From contig DAOTXC010000120.1 of the NCBI GenBank assembly GCA_034435555.1, forward strand, positions 3,132 through 67,131: a DNA stretch of 64,000 nt, written 5' to 3'. This document shows positions 43,702 through 53,382 of this stretch, in pieces. The notes under the pieces were generated by a model. That model had not been told where the DNA came from. It searched no databases and was given only the letters and a program-made list of their open reading frames with translations. This DNA is from Anaerolineae bacterium (GTDB lineage Bacteria; Chloroflexota; Anaerolineae; B4-G1; SLSP01). Position 1 is the stretch's first letter; every line of letters begins with the position of its first letter. Position numbers and translations under genes: made by a program.

Positions 43702-45375
43702 CTACGGCGCTACGTACACCGTGAAGTTGTCGAAGGCGACCTCGGCATCACGGTCATCGGCAGCGATAAGCCCCAGGGCAACATCGCCAGAGGAGAGGGA
43801 GGTGTCGGTGACATCAAAAAGCATATCGCCGTTGATGGAAAATCGGATATTCGAACCATCGCACTCCAGTTCGACGCGGTTTACCACGTCACGCCCCTGC
43901 AAGATGCTGGCCGAGGTCTCCGGTTCCACCAAGAGCGTTAGCTTGTCATTAAAAATCACAAAGGCGGCATAGGAACCATCGGCGCTGAAAGCCGCCGCAT
44001 AGTAGTTGCTAGGATCGTTATAGCGACAGAGGAAGAGTTGCCAGCTGGAAAGGCTGCCCGCGACCTGCTGTGTGGTCACTTCAAAGCGCGCATCGGAGAA
44101 AGATTGTCCGGGCATACTGTAGATAAAGTCAGGCGCATCTGCGTAGTGGAGGATGTAAAGGGCATCGTTCTGATAACTCACTTTGCCGTAGACATCATCT
44201 TGTAGCCGCCACCCGCCGCTCGTGTTGGAGAAACTGTCGGAAAAAGCCACTGTGTTGAAACGCCCGGCGGTCATGTTCGACGGCCCGGCAGTCGGAGATC
44301 CCCCGCCCTCAAGCCCCAGCAGAAAGAGGCCGCCTATGCTCAGTACCAGGCACAACACCGCTCCCACAGCCAACCCGATCCATAAGCGGGCGGACTTCTT
44401 CTTGGCGGGCGGGGCGTACATCCCCTGGGGCGGGCGGGTGGAAGGACGCGGGGGTTGCGTCGAACGGCGCGGCGGCTGGGTGGAGGGGCGTGAGACTGCC
44501 ACAGGCGGAATAACCTGGGTAGGCGCAATCACCGGCGACGGCGCAGCTTTGACGTTGCGCAGGGCGTTGGCCATCTCCTGGGCGCTCTGATAACGCTGCC
44601 CCATCGCCACCGACATGGCCCGCAAGATAACGGCCTCCACGCCGGAGCTGATGCCACTGTTGATCTGTCTCGGCGGCGTGAAGGAGACCGGGTTCGCCAT
44701 GCGCTGCGTGGCTGTGGGGGGTGTCTTTCCGGTAGCAGCGTGGTAGAGCGTCGCGCCCACGCTGTAGATGTCGGTGCGCGGGTCGGTGTGCCCTAGCCCC
44801 ATATCATACTGCTCCGGCGGCGCGTACTCCGGCGTCCCCGCGCCGCGCATTACAGTGCGCGTCTGCGGATCGGTAGGGTCCCACAACTTCACCAGCCCGA
44901 AATCTACCAGCTTGACCCCGCCCTCCGGCGTGATGATGATATTTTGCGGCTTGATATCGCGGTGCAAGACCCCCCGCTGATGACAATAGGCCAGGCCCGC
45001 CAGCAATTGCGCCGCCCACTTGAGGAGGTCCGCCTCTGGTTGCGGGCCTTGCCGCTGGATCCGAGATGCGAGATTTTCCCCCTCCACAAAATCCATCACC
45101 AGATATTCGTTGCCTTCCCACTCAAAGTAGTCCGTCACCCGCACCAGATTGATGTGGTTCAACGTAGCCAGAACGCGCGCCTCGGCAGCGAACTGATCCT
45201 GCAGGGCCTTGAGCACCTCAGGATCCAAACCGGGCTGCGGGCACATCTCTTTGAGCGCCACGGCCTGATTCAGGCGCGTATCCCAGGCCTGATAGACCGC
45301 GCCCATCCCCCCTTTGCCCAGTAGTTTGATGATGCGATAGCGATTGTCAACCAGCTGCGTGCTCTCAAGTACCAT
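43702..45375 (-). CDS. Ser/Thr protein kinase with TM and C-terminal extracytoplasmic beta-sandwich (LamG/DUF1080-like) domain
   Basis: Hanks motifs GKGGMGAVY, VALK, HRDIKPQN, DFG, TPEYAPPE. Pro-rich linker. TM segment. 190-aa ectodomain. Confidence 0.9.
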   Translation of the reverse strand: MVLESTQLVDNRYRIIKLLGKGGMGAVYQAWDTRLNQAVALKEMCPQPGLDPEVLKALQDQFAAEARVLATLNHINLVRVTDYFEWEGNEYLVMDFVEGENLASRIQRQGPQPEADLLKWAAQLLAGLAYCHQRGVLHRDIKPQNIIITPEGGVKLVDFGLVKLWDPTDPQTRTVMRGAGTPEYAPPEQYDMGLGHTDPRTDIYSVGATLYHAATGKTPPTATQRMANPVSFTPPRQINSGISSGVEAVILRAMSVAMGQRYQSAQEMANALRNVKAAPSPVIAPTQVIPPVAVSRPSTQPPRRSTQPPRPSTRPPQGMYAPPAKKKSARLWIGLAVGAVLCLVLSIGGLFLLGLEGGGSPTAGPSNMTAGRFNTVAFSDSFSNTSGGWRLQDDVYGKVSYQNDALYILHYADAPDFIYSMPGQSFSDARFEVTTQQVAGSLSSWQLFLCRYNDPSNYYAAAFSADGSYAAFVIFNDKLTLLVEPETSASILQGRDVVNRVELECDGSNIRFSINGDMLFDVTDTSLSSGDVALGLIAADDRDAEVAFDNFTVYVAP

Positions 45376-45389
45376 TTTGCCCCCTCAAT

Positions 45390-48176
45390 TCAACGCCGAT
45401 CATCCAAATCGGTCACGTTATTGGAAAATGTATTGTTGCCCAAAGTTGGATTGGCATCCGCTGCTATATAGATACCCCATCTGTTCTCGACGAGCACATT
45501 GTCAATCGCCTGGCCGCCGCTTGAGCCAAAGTAAGCAATACCGGCTTCCACATTGACGGTACACGTATTGGCCTCCAACAGCGGGGCGGCTTCGTCGGTG
45601 ACATGGATCCCGTGAGAGCCATTGCCCAAGAAGGTATTGCCGCGCACGACGCCCCCCGCGTTCCCATAAAAGGAGATACCGCTGTTCGTGTTGTAATTGG
45701 AGACATTGTTTTCCAGGGTCGGTTGTGCGGATTCGCGCACACTGATGCCTGATAGCCCATTGCCTGTGCATTCGTTATCCGTCGCTACGGCGATCACCTC
45801 ACCCGAGAAACGCATCCCCACCTGCTCATTATCCGAACAGATATTGCCCATCACGATGGGATTGGCGTTGTCGTAGAGACCAATGCCATGATAGCCATTC
45901 TCCATTGATTGGTTATAGCGCAAAATCCCACCCGCGTTACCAAAGTAGACAATGCCGCTCTGCTCGCTACCCTGCACGGTGTTGCTCTCCACGGTTGGTG
46001 TCGCATCGTTGCGGATGATGATGCCCGATAAGCTGTTCTCGATTATTTCGTTCTCGCGCACGGAGCCGGTGGAGTTTCCACTTAAGCGAATGCCCACCTG
46101 CCCATTGTTGGCGCTCGTGTTCCCTACGAGGGTCACATTGGCATCGTCGGTGACATCAATGCCATGCAGGCCATTGCGCAAGAACTCATTTTCACGCGCC
46201 TCGCCCCCGGCATTATCGCGATAGATGAGGCCATCTTGCTCGTTGTCTGTGACGATGTTCGATTCGATTAGCGGGGCCGCGTTATCATTCACTGCGATGC
46301 CGTGCAGGCCGCTGCCTGTCACACGGTTGCCGCGCGCGATGCCCGTGGCGCTGCCCCAATAGCCGATCCCCAACTGGTCATTGTCTGTGATGATGTTATC
46401 CACAAAAGTGGGCGTGGCATTGCCGCTGGCCCCCAGGCCCGCCAGGCCATTATTGCGACAGGTGTTTCCCTCCGCCGATCCCTGCGAGGAATCCCTGAAG
46501 TTGATGCCGATCTCCACATTTTCAGCGGCGATGTTGTTGCGCAAGGTCACGTTGGCATTGTCCTCCAGGCGGAAGCCATTCACATCGTTGCCGGTCGCCT
46601 CGCACTGCTCAACCCTACCCGTCGTGCTGCCGGACATGCGCAGACCGGCGCGCACGGCAACATCATCGGCCCACACTGCGCCGGTGAAGCGACAGCGGGT
46701 GAAGCGCACCTCCCCATCAACGATCCAGACCACATCCGCCGGTTGGTCGCCGGTATGCCGGAAGGTGATCCCGTCAGCGGCGAAACGTCCCGTCCCTTCA
46801 TAGCTCACCACATACCCAGATGCCGCACTGCGGATTTCGGTGAGCTCCATGCCAGCGCCCACCAATGTGAGCGGCTTGTCAATATCTAAGGGCCGCGCGA
46901 GCACGTAGTCGCCCGCCGCCAGCCGGATGGTCCCGCCGGGAGCGATGGCCGCCACCGCCGCCGGGAGGTCCGCATACTCGCCCGTACCATCGGCGTTGAG
47001 CGCGATCTCCGTAGGCGCGCCCATGGGTGTCGCAGTGGGCGTCTCGGTAATCTGCGCCACGTCGCCATTGGGGGGCATGGGCGTTGGCGTGACTTGCCCC
47101 AGCAAGTAGAGCAATCCCCCGCCCCCCACGCCTACCAGCCCACACATGAACAAGCCCGCCACGATCCACACCCACGGCGCGCGCCGCCGTGAAACCGGCG
47201 GAGACGCTGCGTCAGGATAGACGGGCATTGGAGAAATAGGCGTCGGAGCGACCGCGCGCGGCGGGCCAGGCGCAACTGCCGTTTGTTCACGTCTGGGCGA
47301 AGCGGGTTCGGGCCGCGGCTGCGCCGGCGCGCTGGTCGAGAAGCCCGGCCACGGCGGGCGCAGCGCCAGCGCGAATTGCTCCGCCGTCTGGAAACGGCTG
47401 GACATTGAAACCGACATCGCCTTGAGGATGGCGGTCTCCACATCGTCGCTCACCGTCCCCTTGATCTGCCGTGGCGGCGTGAAACTCGCGGGATTGGCGA
47501 TCCGCTGCGTTGCCGAAGGGGGCGCCTGTCCGGTCAGCGCGTGGTAGAGCGTCGCACCGAGGCTGTAGATGTCACTGCGGGCATCGGTATGCCCCGTCCC
47601 CGTGTCGTACTGCTCCGGTGGCGCGTACTCCGGCGTCCCCGCCCCGCGCATCACCGTCTTCGTGTAGGGGTCGGCAGGGTCCCACAGCTTCACCAGCCCA
47701 AAATCCACCAGCACCGCGTCCTCATCCGGCGTGATGATGATGTTGTGGGGCTTGATATCACGGTGCAAGATGCCGCGTTTGTGGCAATAGGTCAGCGCGC
47801 CGAGCAGTTGCACCGCCCACTGCACGACCAGCTCCTCAGATTGCGCCCCCAGTCGCGCGATGCGCTGGCCCAGGCTCTCCCCTTCGACGAAGTCCATCAC
47901 CAGGTACTGGCTCTCTTCCCACATAAAGTAATCGGTCACGCGCACCAGATGGGGATGCGCGAAGGTCGCCAGCACCCGCGCCTCTTCCTGGAACTGCTGC
48001 CCCAACCCCTCCAGCACCTCCGCGGAGAGTCCCGGCTGCGGCGTCATCTCCTTGAGCGCCACGGGCGTGTTCAAACGCATATCCCACGCGCGATAGACGG
48101 CCCCCATCCCCCCACGGCCCAGGAGCTTGACCACGCGGTAACGATTATCAACAATCTGCCCGATCTCCAGCGGCAT
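45390..48176 (-). CDS. Receptor-type Ser/Thr protein kinase with extracytoplasmic right-handed parallel beta-helix (PbH1/NosD-like) repeat domain
   Basis: Kinase domain paralogous to the downstream STPK. TM segment. More than 20 tandem ~22-aa repeats of the pattern GNxxxxNxxxGIxx. Confidence 0.9.
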   Translation of the reverse strand: MPLEIGQIVDNRYRVVKLLGRGGMGAVYRAWDMRLNTPVALKEMTPQPGLSAEVLEGLGQQFQEEARVLATFAHPHLVRVTDYFMWEESQYLVMDFVEGESLGQRIARLGAQSEELVVQWAVQLLGALTYCHKRGILHRDIKPHNIIITPDEDAVLVDFGLVKLWDPADPYTKTVMRGAGTPEYAPPEQYDTGTGHTDARSDIYSLGATLYHALTGQAPPSATQRIANPASFTPPRQIKGTVSDDVETAILKAMSVSMSSRFQTAEQFALALRPPWPGFSTSAPAQPRPEPASPRREQTAVAPGPPRAVAPTPISPMPVYPDAASPPVSRRRAPWVWIVAGLFMCGLVGVGGGGLLYLLGQVTPTPMPPNGDVAQITETPTATPMGAPTEIALNADGTGEYADLPAAVAAIAPGGTIRLAAGDYVLARPLDIDKPLTLVGAGMELTEIRSAASGYVVSYEGTGRFAADGITFRHTGDQPADVVWIVDGEVRFTRCRFTGAVWADDVAVRAGLRMSGSTTGRVEQCEATGNDVNGFRLEDNANVTLRNNIAAENVEIGINFRDSSQGSAEGNTCRNNGLAGLGASGNATPTFVDNIITDNDQLGIGYWGSATGIARGNRVTGSGLHGIAVNDNAAPLIESNIVTDNEQDGLIYRDNAGGEARENEFLRNGLHGIDVTDDANVTLVGNTSANNGQVGIRLSGNSTGSVRENEIIENSLSGIIIRNDATPTVESNTVQGSEQSGIVYFGNAGGILRYNQSMENGYHGIGLYDNANPIVMGNICSDNEQVGMRFSGEVIAVATDNECTGNGLSGISVRESAQPTLENNVSNYNTNSGISFYGNAGGVVRGNTFLGNGSHGIHVTDEAAPLLEANTCTVNVEAGIAYFGSSGGQAIDNVLVENRWGIYIAADANPTLGNNTFSNNVTDLDDRR

Positions 48177-48184
48177 AACTCCCC

Positions 48185-51094
48185 CTATATCAAATCCTTA
48201 CGGCGCAAAACGAACGCAGTGATGGCAACATACAACAGCCCGAAGCCCCCCAACAACGCCCACGTCCCCAGAAGATGGCCCACCGAGCGATCGTAGTTGA
48301 TCTGGAAGGTCTCCTGAGTCGAGATGTCTAACGGGTCGGGCGTCACGGTGAAGGTCTCCGAAAGCGTCTCAGTGACCGTGACCATGGGATTCTCCGTCAC
48401 CTGCGGCACCGAGATCGGCACCGTCTGTACCAGCCCTGGCTGGATCGGGATGTCAATCTTCTGCGTCACCGTCACCACCGTCACCGGCTCCCAATCATCG
48501 GCGGGCCGCTCCACATCGAAGAAGACCTCTTCCGTGACCGGGTCCGGCTGGAAGCGCGTCCGCGTGAGCGTGTTCAGGTAGTCCACGTCAGTCGTCGCGC
48601 CCAGCCCCTCGACCGACCAGCGCATCAGCGTGAGATTCGAGAGCGGCTGCGCCAGACCAGGCAGATCGAAGAGGACGCCCGCAAAGATGAACTGGAAGAA
48701 GAGCAACAAGAAGACGATGTAGATGACCGAGTTGACGTTGGGCACAATCGCCGAGACGATCAGGCCCATCGCAATCGCCGCCAGCGTCCCGATGACCAGC
48801 GTGATGTAGATCTCTATCGGGCCGGGCAACAACACCCCCTGTCGAGGCAGATCCACCTTCAGACTGATGACCAGCAGCAACAGAAAACACTGGATAAACG
48901 CAAAGCCACCCAGCACCAGCATTTTCGAGCCTAAGTAGGGCAAGATGCGCAATGTGACCATCCGCTCCCGCCGGTAGACCGAGCGTTCCTTGACGATTTC
49001 ATAGACCGAGGCAAACAAGCCCAACAAAATCGAAGCCAGAGACATGGTAAAGAGGAGCACCTGACTTTCATAGACGATGCTATAAGCGGCGCTCGTCCCA
49101 TCGGCGGCGAGATCCGCTGCCAGCTGGCGCTCGATCTCCGGGATCGTGTTGCCTACCAGCCAGTTCGAGTCAGAGACCAACAGCACCAACGCCCCGATAA
49201 TCGGCATCACCGCCATTAATACGGTGAGGAGCATCTTATCGCGGAAAACCAGGTCGATGTAACGACGGGTCAAGACCAAGAATTGCCGCAACACGTTGAC
49301 CTTAGGGCGGGCGCGCTGCGCTTGCGTGGTCTGCGCCTGCTGTTGGATTTGCGGCAATTTCTGTTGGCGGCGGGCCACATATTGCTGATAGTACGACGAG
49401 GCGCGAAAACGTTCCTCCCAGTCGCGCGCCTTCTGCTGCGCTATTTGGGGATCGGGATCGTCTAACTTGCCGTAGACATCGGCGAAGTCCCCGCTCGTCA
49501 CCTCGAAGAAGTCCAACACATCCGTTGGAGGGCCAAAGAAGACCATCCGCCCTTGCGAGAGGAAGCAGACGTGATCGCACTGCACGATGTTCGCCGTGGC
49601 GTGCGTCACCAAGACCACCGTGCGCCCGCCATCGGCGAGACGGCGCATCGTCAACATCATCTTCTTTTCCAATCCCGGATCTAACCCCGAAGTCGGCTCA
49701 TCGAGGAAGAAGAGGTTAGGCTCGGCCAGAAGCTCCACCGCGATGCTCACGCGCTTGCGCTGCCCACCGCTCAAGCTGCTCACCGGCTGATCCTTCTGTG
49801 CCACCATCTCCACCTGCTCCAACACGTCATCAACGCGCCGCTCGATCTCGTCCGCGGAGGTGTCGGGCGGCAGGCGCAAGCGCGCTGCGTAACGCAGGGC
49901 ATTGGCAACGACAAGATCGCGGTGGATGATGTCATCCTGCGGCACGTAGCCGACCATCGTGCGGTAGAGATCGAAGTGCTGGTAGAGATTATCGCCATTG
50001 ACCAAGACCTGCCCATCGGCGCGGGCAAAGCCATTGAGCGCCATCATCAGCGTGGACTTCCCCGCCCCACTCGTCCCCACCAGGGCGACAAATTCCCGTG
50101 GCGTGATGGAGATACTGATATCCTTGAGGATTTGCTTGCGGCGATTGGCCGGGCCAACCTCGCGCACCAGATGGAGACCATCGAGGCGCACGCCACCCGT
50201 CGTCGCGTACTGCTGCAACTGCTCGGCGGTGTAGACCAAGGTGAACGGGCCAATTTGCACCACATCCCCCTCCTGCAAGGGCTGGGGCCGCGTCACCCGC
50301 TCGCCGTTGACATAGGTGCCATTGGTGCTGCCGAGATCAACCAGCAGCGCCCCGTGATCGCTGCGATCCAGGCGCGCGTGTTGCCACGAGATAATGGGCG
50401 CTTGCAGAGGAATGTCACAGCGCGGATCGCGCCCGATGGTCAATGACCTGACCTGACGCAGCGAGGTGGACCCCATCATCACCGTGCCGTAGGCCGCCTC
50501 CAACGCGGGCGTCTCGCTTGGCAATTCAAAGGTGATGCTCACCGAATTGCCCTGGAGATCGCCGATGCGCAGGATGTCGTTGTTTTGCAGCACGGCCTGC
50601 TTGCCTTTGCGCCCGTTGATGTACGTGCCGTTGGTGCTATCCAAATCCACGTAGTGCCAGGCCCCATCTTTGTACTCCAGCACCCCATGATGGCCGGAGA
50701 CATACAGCTCGGTCAGCACCACATCATTATCCGGCAAACGACCAATCGTGAAGCGCACACCATCCAGAGGAACGCGCCGCTCAGTCCCCTCCCCAGGCAC
50801 ACGAATGACGAGAGACGGCCTGGCGGATTTGGACTTGGCTGGCTGTTCGGGGCGCGCTTCTGGAGCTAACTCAATTCCACAAACCGGACAAAAACGGTCC
50901 TGATCCGTTAATACTTCACCACAACTATGACATCTGCGGGCCATTGGACACCCCCCCTTGATAATCGGATAAGAGGCCACTGCTATGTTTAGTATACCCT
51001 CAACTAAGTTCGTGTCAAAGCTTTTATGGATGCGCATCATCGAGGTAATGCAAAACCGCCGGATCATCAAGTCCGGCGGTTCAAAAAGCGTCAC
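48185..51094 (-). CDS. FHA-domain-containing ABC transporter (Zn-ribbon, FHA, FHA, ABC ATPase, ABC-2/ABCG-type permease)
   Basis: N-terminal CxxC...CxxC ribbon. Two FHA cores (GR..x..D..L......SxxHarL). Walker A GTSGAGKST. LSGGQRKRV. Walker B FFLDEP. 6 TM. C-terminal extracytoplasmic VTVT-rich segment and a final TM. Confidence 0.85.
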   Translation of the reverse strand: MTLFEPPDLMIRRFCITSMMRIHKSFDTNLVEGILNIAVASYPIIKGGCPMARRCHSCGEVLTDQDRFCPVCGIELAPEARPEQPAKSKSARPSLVIRVPGEGTERRVPLDGVRFTIGRLPDNDVVLTELYVSGHHGVLEYKDGAWHYVDLDSTNGTYINGRKGKQAVLQNNDILRIGDLQGNSVSITFELPSETPALEAAYGTVMMGSTSLRQVRSLTIGRDPRCDIPLQAPIISWQHARLDRSDHGALLVDLGSTNGTYVNGERVTRPQPLQEGDVVQIGPFTLVYTAEQLQQYATTGGVRLDGLHLVREVGPANRRKQILKDISISITPREFVALVGTSGAGKSTLMMALNGFARADGQVLVNGDNLYQHFDLYRTMVGYVPQDDIIHRDLVVANALRYAARLRLPPDTSADEIERRVDDVLEQVEMVAQKDQPVSSLSGGQRKRVSIAVELLAEPNLFFLDEPTSGLDPGLEKKMMLTMRRLADGGRTVVLVTHATANIVQCDHVCFLSQGRMVFFGPPTDVLDFFEVTSGDFADVYGKLDDPDPQIAQQKARDWEERFRASSYYQQYVARRQQKLPQIQQQAQTTQAQRARPKVNVLRQFLVLTRRYIDLVFRDKMLLTVLMAVMPIIGALVLLVSDSNWLVGNTIPEIERQLAADLAADGTSAAYSIVYESQVLLFTMSLASILLGLFASVYEIVKERSVYRRERMVTLRILPYLGSKMLVLGGFAFIQCFLLLLVISLKVDLPRQGVLLPGPIEIYITLVIGTLAAIAMGLIVSAIVPNVNSVIYIVFLLLFFQFIFAGVLFDLPGLAQPLSNLTLMRWSVEGLGATTDVDYLNTLTRTRFQPDPVTEEVFFDVERPADDWEPVTVVTVTQKIDIPIQPGLVQTVPISVPQVTENPMVTVTETLSETFTVTPDPLDISTQETFQINYDRSVGHLLGTWALLGGFGLLYVAITAFVLRRKDLI

Positions 51095-51097
51095 AAC

Positions 51098-51409
51098 TCA
51101 GCGCTTCAATAGGAGCAGGATGCCCGCAGCCAGCGCCAACACGCCCCGGACAATGCCTAGCCCAGAGAAAGAGAGCGCCAACAGCATGACCAATCCTTCC
51201 AGAATCAGCCAAATGCCAAGCAACAACAGCGCCAGACTGTTCTTAAACTTCAGCCTTGCGCCGCTCAGCAGCAACACACCGGCGGCGAGCGCCAGCAACC
51301 CCAACACCACGCCGCTGCCTGTAAAGCTGATGCTCAGCAACGACAACAACGCCGACAGAATCAACCACACGGCCAACAAAACTTCCCCAAGTCGCTTGTC
51401 AATCTTCAT
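51098..51409 (-). CDS. Small membrane protein with internal duplication (DUF3096-like)
   Basis: Two ~50-aa repeats, each with 2 TM (LxxxWLILxxLxxLLSISFTGSGVVLGLLALAAGVLLL). 3-nt gap to the ABC gene and 2-nt gap to ftsH. Confidence 0.5.
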   Translation of the reverse strand: MKIDKRLGEVLLAVWLILSALLSLLSISFTGSGVVLGLLALAAGVLLLSGARLKFKNSLALLLLGIWLILEGLVMLLALSFSGLGIVRGVLALAAGILLLLKR

Positions 51410-51411
51410 CT

Positions 51412-53253
51412 CTATCCCTCCTCGGATTCACGTTCGGACTCTACAATGCGGCAGATTTCAGCGCCGCTGATGACCTCTTTGGTGAACAGAATGCGCGCGA
51501 TCTCGTGCAACGCACCGAGATTCTCGGTCAAGAGCTCCTCTGCGCGCGCTTCCGCCGCCTCCACGATGCGCCGGGTCTCCTGGTCAATCAGGCGCGCCGT
51601 CTCCGGGCTGAGGTCTTGACGCACGCCAGTGACACGCCCCAAATACTCCTCACCCGCCTTGGGTGCATAGCGCAACGGCCCCAACGCCTCCGTCATACCG
51701 AACTCCGTGACCATCCGCCGGGCAATGTCGGTGACGCGCTCGAGATCATTGGCCGCGCCGGTGGAACGGTCGTGGAGGACGACCCACTCGGCAGCGCGCC
51801 CCCCCAACATCACCGAGAGCTGCTGCTCCAGCTCCTCTTTGCTGAGCAGATAGATGTCCTCTTCGGGCATCTGCATCGTGTAGCCCAGCGCGCCCTTGGC
51901 AGTGGGGATAATACTCACCTTATGCACGGGATCGGTCGTCGGGAGAAGCTGCGCCACCAGCGCATGTCCGCCCTCGTGATAGGCCACGCGCTTCTTCAGC
52001 TCCGGCTTGAGCGTCATCTTGCGCTGCAAACCCGCGACGACCCGCTCAATCGCCAGATCGAAGTCATCCATCGTGACCCGCTCGCGATCTTCGCGCACGG
52101 CCAACAGGGCCGCCTCGTTGACGATGTTCGCCAGATCCGCGCCGGAGAAGCCCGCTGTCACCTGCGCCAGCCGTTCCAAGCGCACATCGGAAGCCAGTGG
52201 CACCCCGCGCGTGTGGATTTGCAAAATCTCCCGGCGGCCCGCCTCAGTGGGCAACACGACCTGTATCTGCCGGTCGAAGCGCCCCGGTCGCAACAGCGCA
52301 GAATCAAGCACCTCCGGGCGGTTCGTCGCCGCCATGATGATGACGCCATTGTTCGGCTCGAAGCCGTCCATCTGGCTGAGTAACTGGTTGAGCGTCTGTT
52401 CTTGCTCGCTGTGACCGCCCATGGTGGTCACGGTAGAGCGCGCCTGCCCGATGGCATCAATTTCGTCAATGAAGATGATACAGGGGGCGCGGCGTTTGGC
52501 CTGCTCAAAGAGATCGCGTACGCGGGCCGCTCCCACGCCCACAAACATCTCCACAAAATCGGAGCCGCTGATGGAGAAGAAGGGAGCGCCCGCCTCGCCT
52601 GCGGTCGCCTTTGCCAACAAGGTCTTGCCCGTGCCCGGCGGCCCGACCAGCAGCACCCCCTTGGGCAACTTCGCCCCCAGGCGCGTGAATCGGTCGGGAT
52701 CTTCGAGGAACTCGATAATCTCCTTGAGCTCCACTTCGACCTCATCCATCCCGCCGACATCCTTGAACTTGACGCCCGTCAGCTCGCCCTGGATCTCCTT
52801 GGCCTTGCTCTTGCCGATGGACATCACCCCCGCGCCGCCCTGTTGCATCCGCCGAAAGACAAAGAACCAGATGAGGGCGAAGGGCAAGATGGGCAACACC
52901 CACGCGAGGATCAGCTCCAGGAAGCCGGTCTCGGAAGGCTCGGCAGAAAAGGTGACGCCGGCATCGGTCAGGCGCGCGATCAGATCGGGATCATCCACGC
53001 GCACCACGTTGTACGTCTGGAACAGTCGCTCTTCTTGCTCCTGCACCAGCGTGTAGACAATCCGCGTAGGGCCGAGGTTCACCTCATCAATTTCACCCCG
53101 CTCAAGAGTGGTCAGAAACTCGCTGTAAGTCACCTCGGTCTCGCGTATAAACAATGGCTCCAACACCAAATTCTGGAACAACAAGATCAATACCAAGACG
53201 ATCAAGAAATATCCCAGGGAAAATCCCATGCGCTTTTTTTGATTCTTATCCAT
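51412..53253 (-). CDS. ftsH: ATP-dependent zinc metalloprotease FtsH
   Basis: AAA Walker [12 protein letters not shown]. Zn-binding HEGGH. Two N-terminal TM segments. Confidence 0.95.
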   Translation of the reverse strand: MDKNQKKRMGFSLGYFLIVLVLILLFQNLVLEPLFIRETEVTYSEFLTTLERGEIDEVNLGPTRIVYTLVQEQEERLFQTYNVVRVDDPDLIARLTDAGVTFSAEPSETGFLELILAWVLPILPFALIWFFVFRRMQQGGAGVMSIGKSKAKEIQGELTGVKFKDVGGMDEVEVELKEIIEFLEDPDRFTRLGAKLPKGVLLVGPPGTGKTLLAKATAGEAGAPFFSISGSDFVEMFVGVGAARVRDLFEQAKRRAPCIIFIDEIDAIGQARSTVTTMGGHSEQEQTLNQLLSQMDGFEPNNGVIIMAATNRPEVLDSALLRPGRFDRQIQVVLPTEAGRREILQIHTRGVPLASDVRLERLAQVTAGFSGADLANIVNEAALLAVREDRERVTMDDFDLAIERVVAGLQRKMTLKPELKKRVAYHEGGHALVAQLLPTTDPVHKVSIIPTAKGALGYTMQMPEEDIYLLSKEELEQQLSVMLGGRAAEWVVLHDRSTGAANDLERVTDIARRMVTEFGMTEALGPLRYAPKAGEEYLGRVTGVRQDLSPETARLIDQETRRIVEAAEARAEELLTENLGALHEIARILFTKEVISGAEICRIVESERESEEG

Positions 53254-53325
53254 GCATGACTCCTTTCGCGGTCAGCCCACTGGTACCATTATCGCACATA
53301 AGTGTTAGCAGGACATTAGCGACAA

Positions 53326-53353
53326 TTGACATCTGCACCTTCCACCATAGAAT
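53326..53353 (+). promoter_or_regulatory. sigma70-like promoter TTGACA-N16-TAGAAT upstream of the MFS gene
   Basis: Read directly, in the divergent region between ftsH and the MFS gene. Confidence 0.4.
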
Positions 53354-53382
53354 GCTACCGCAAAACTAACCAAACGAGGTGA

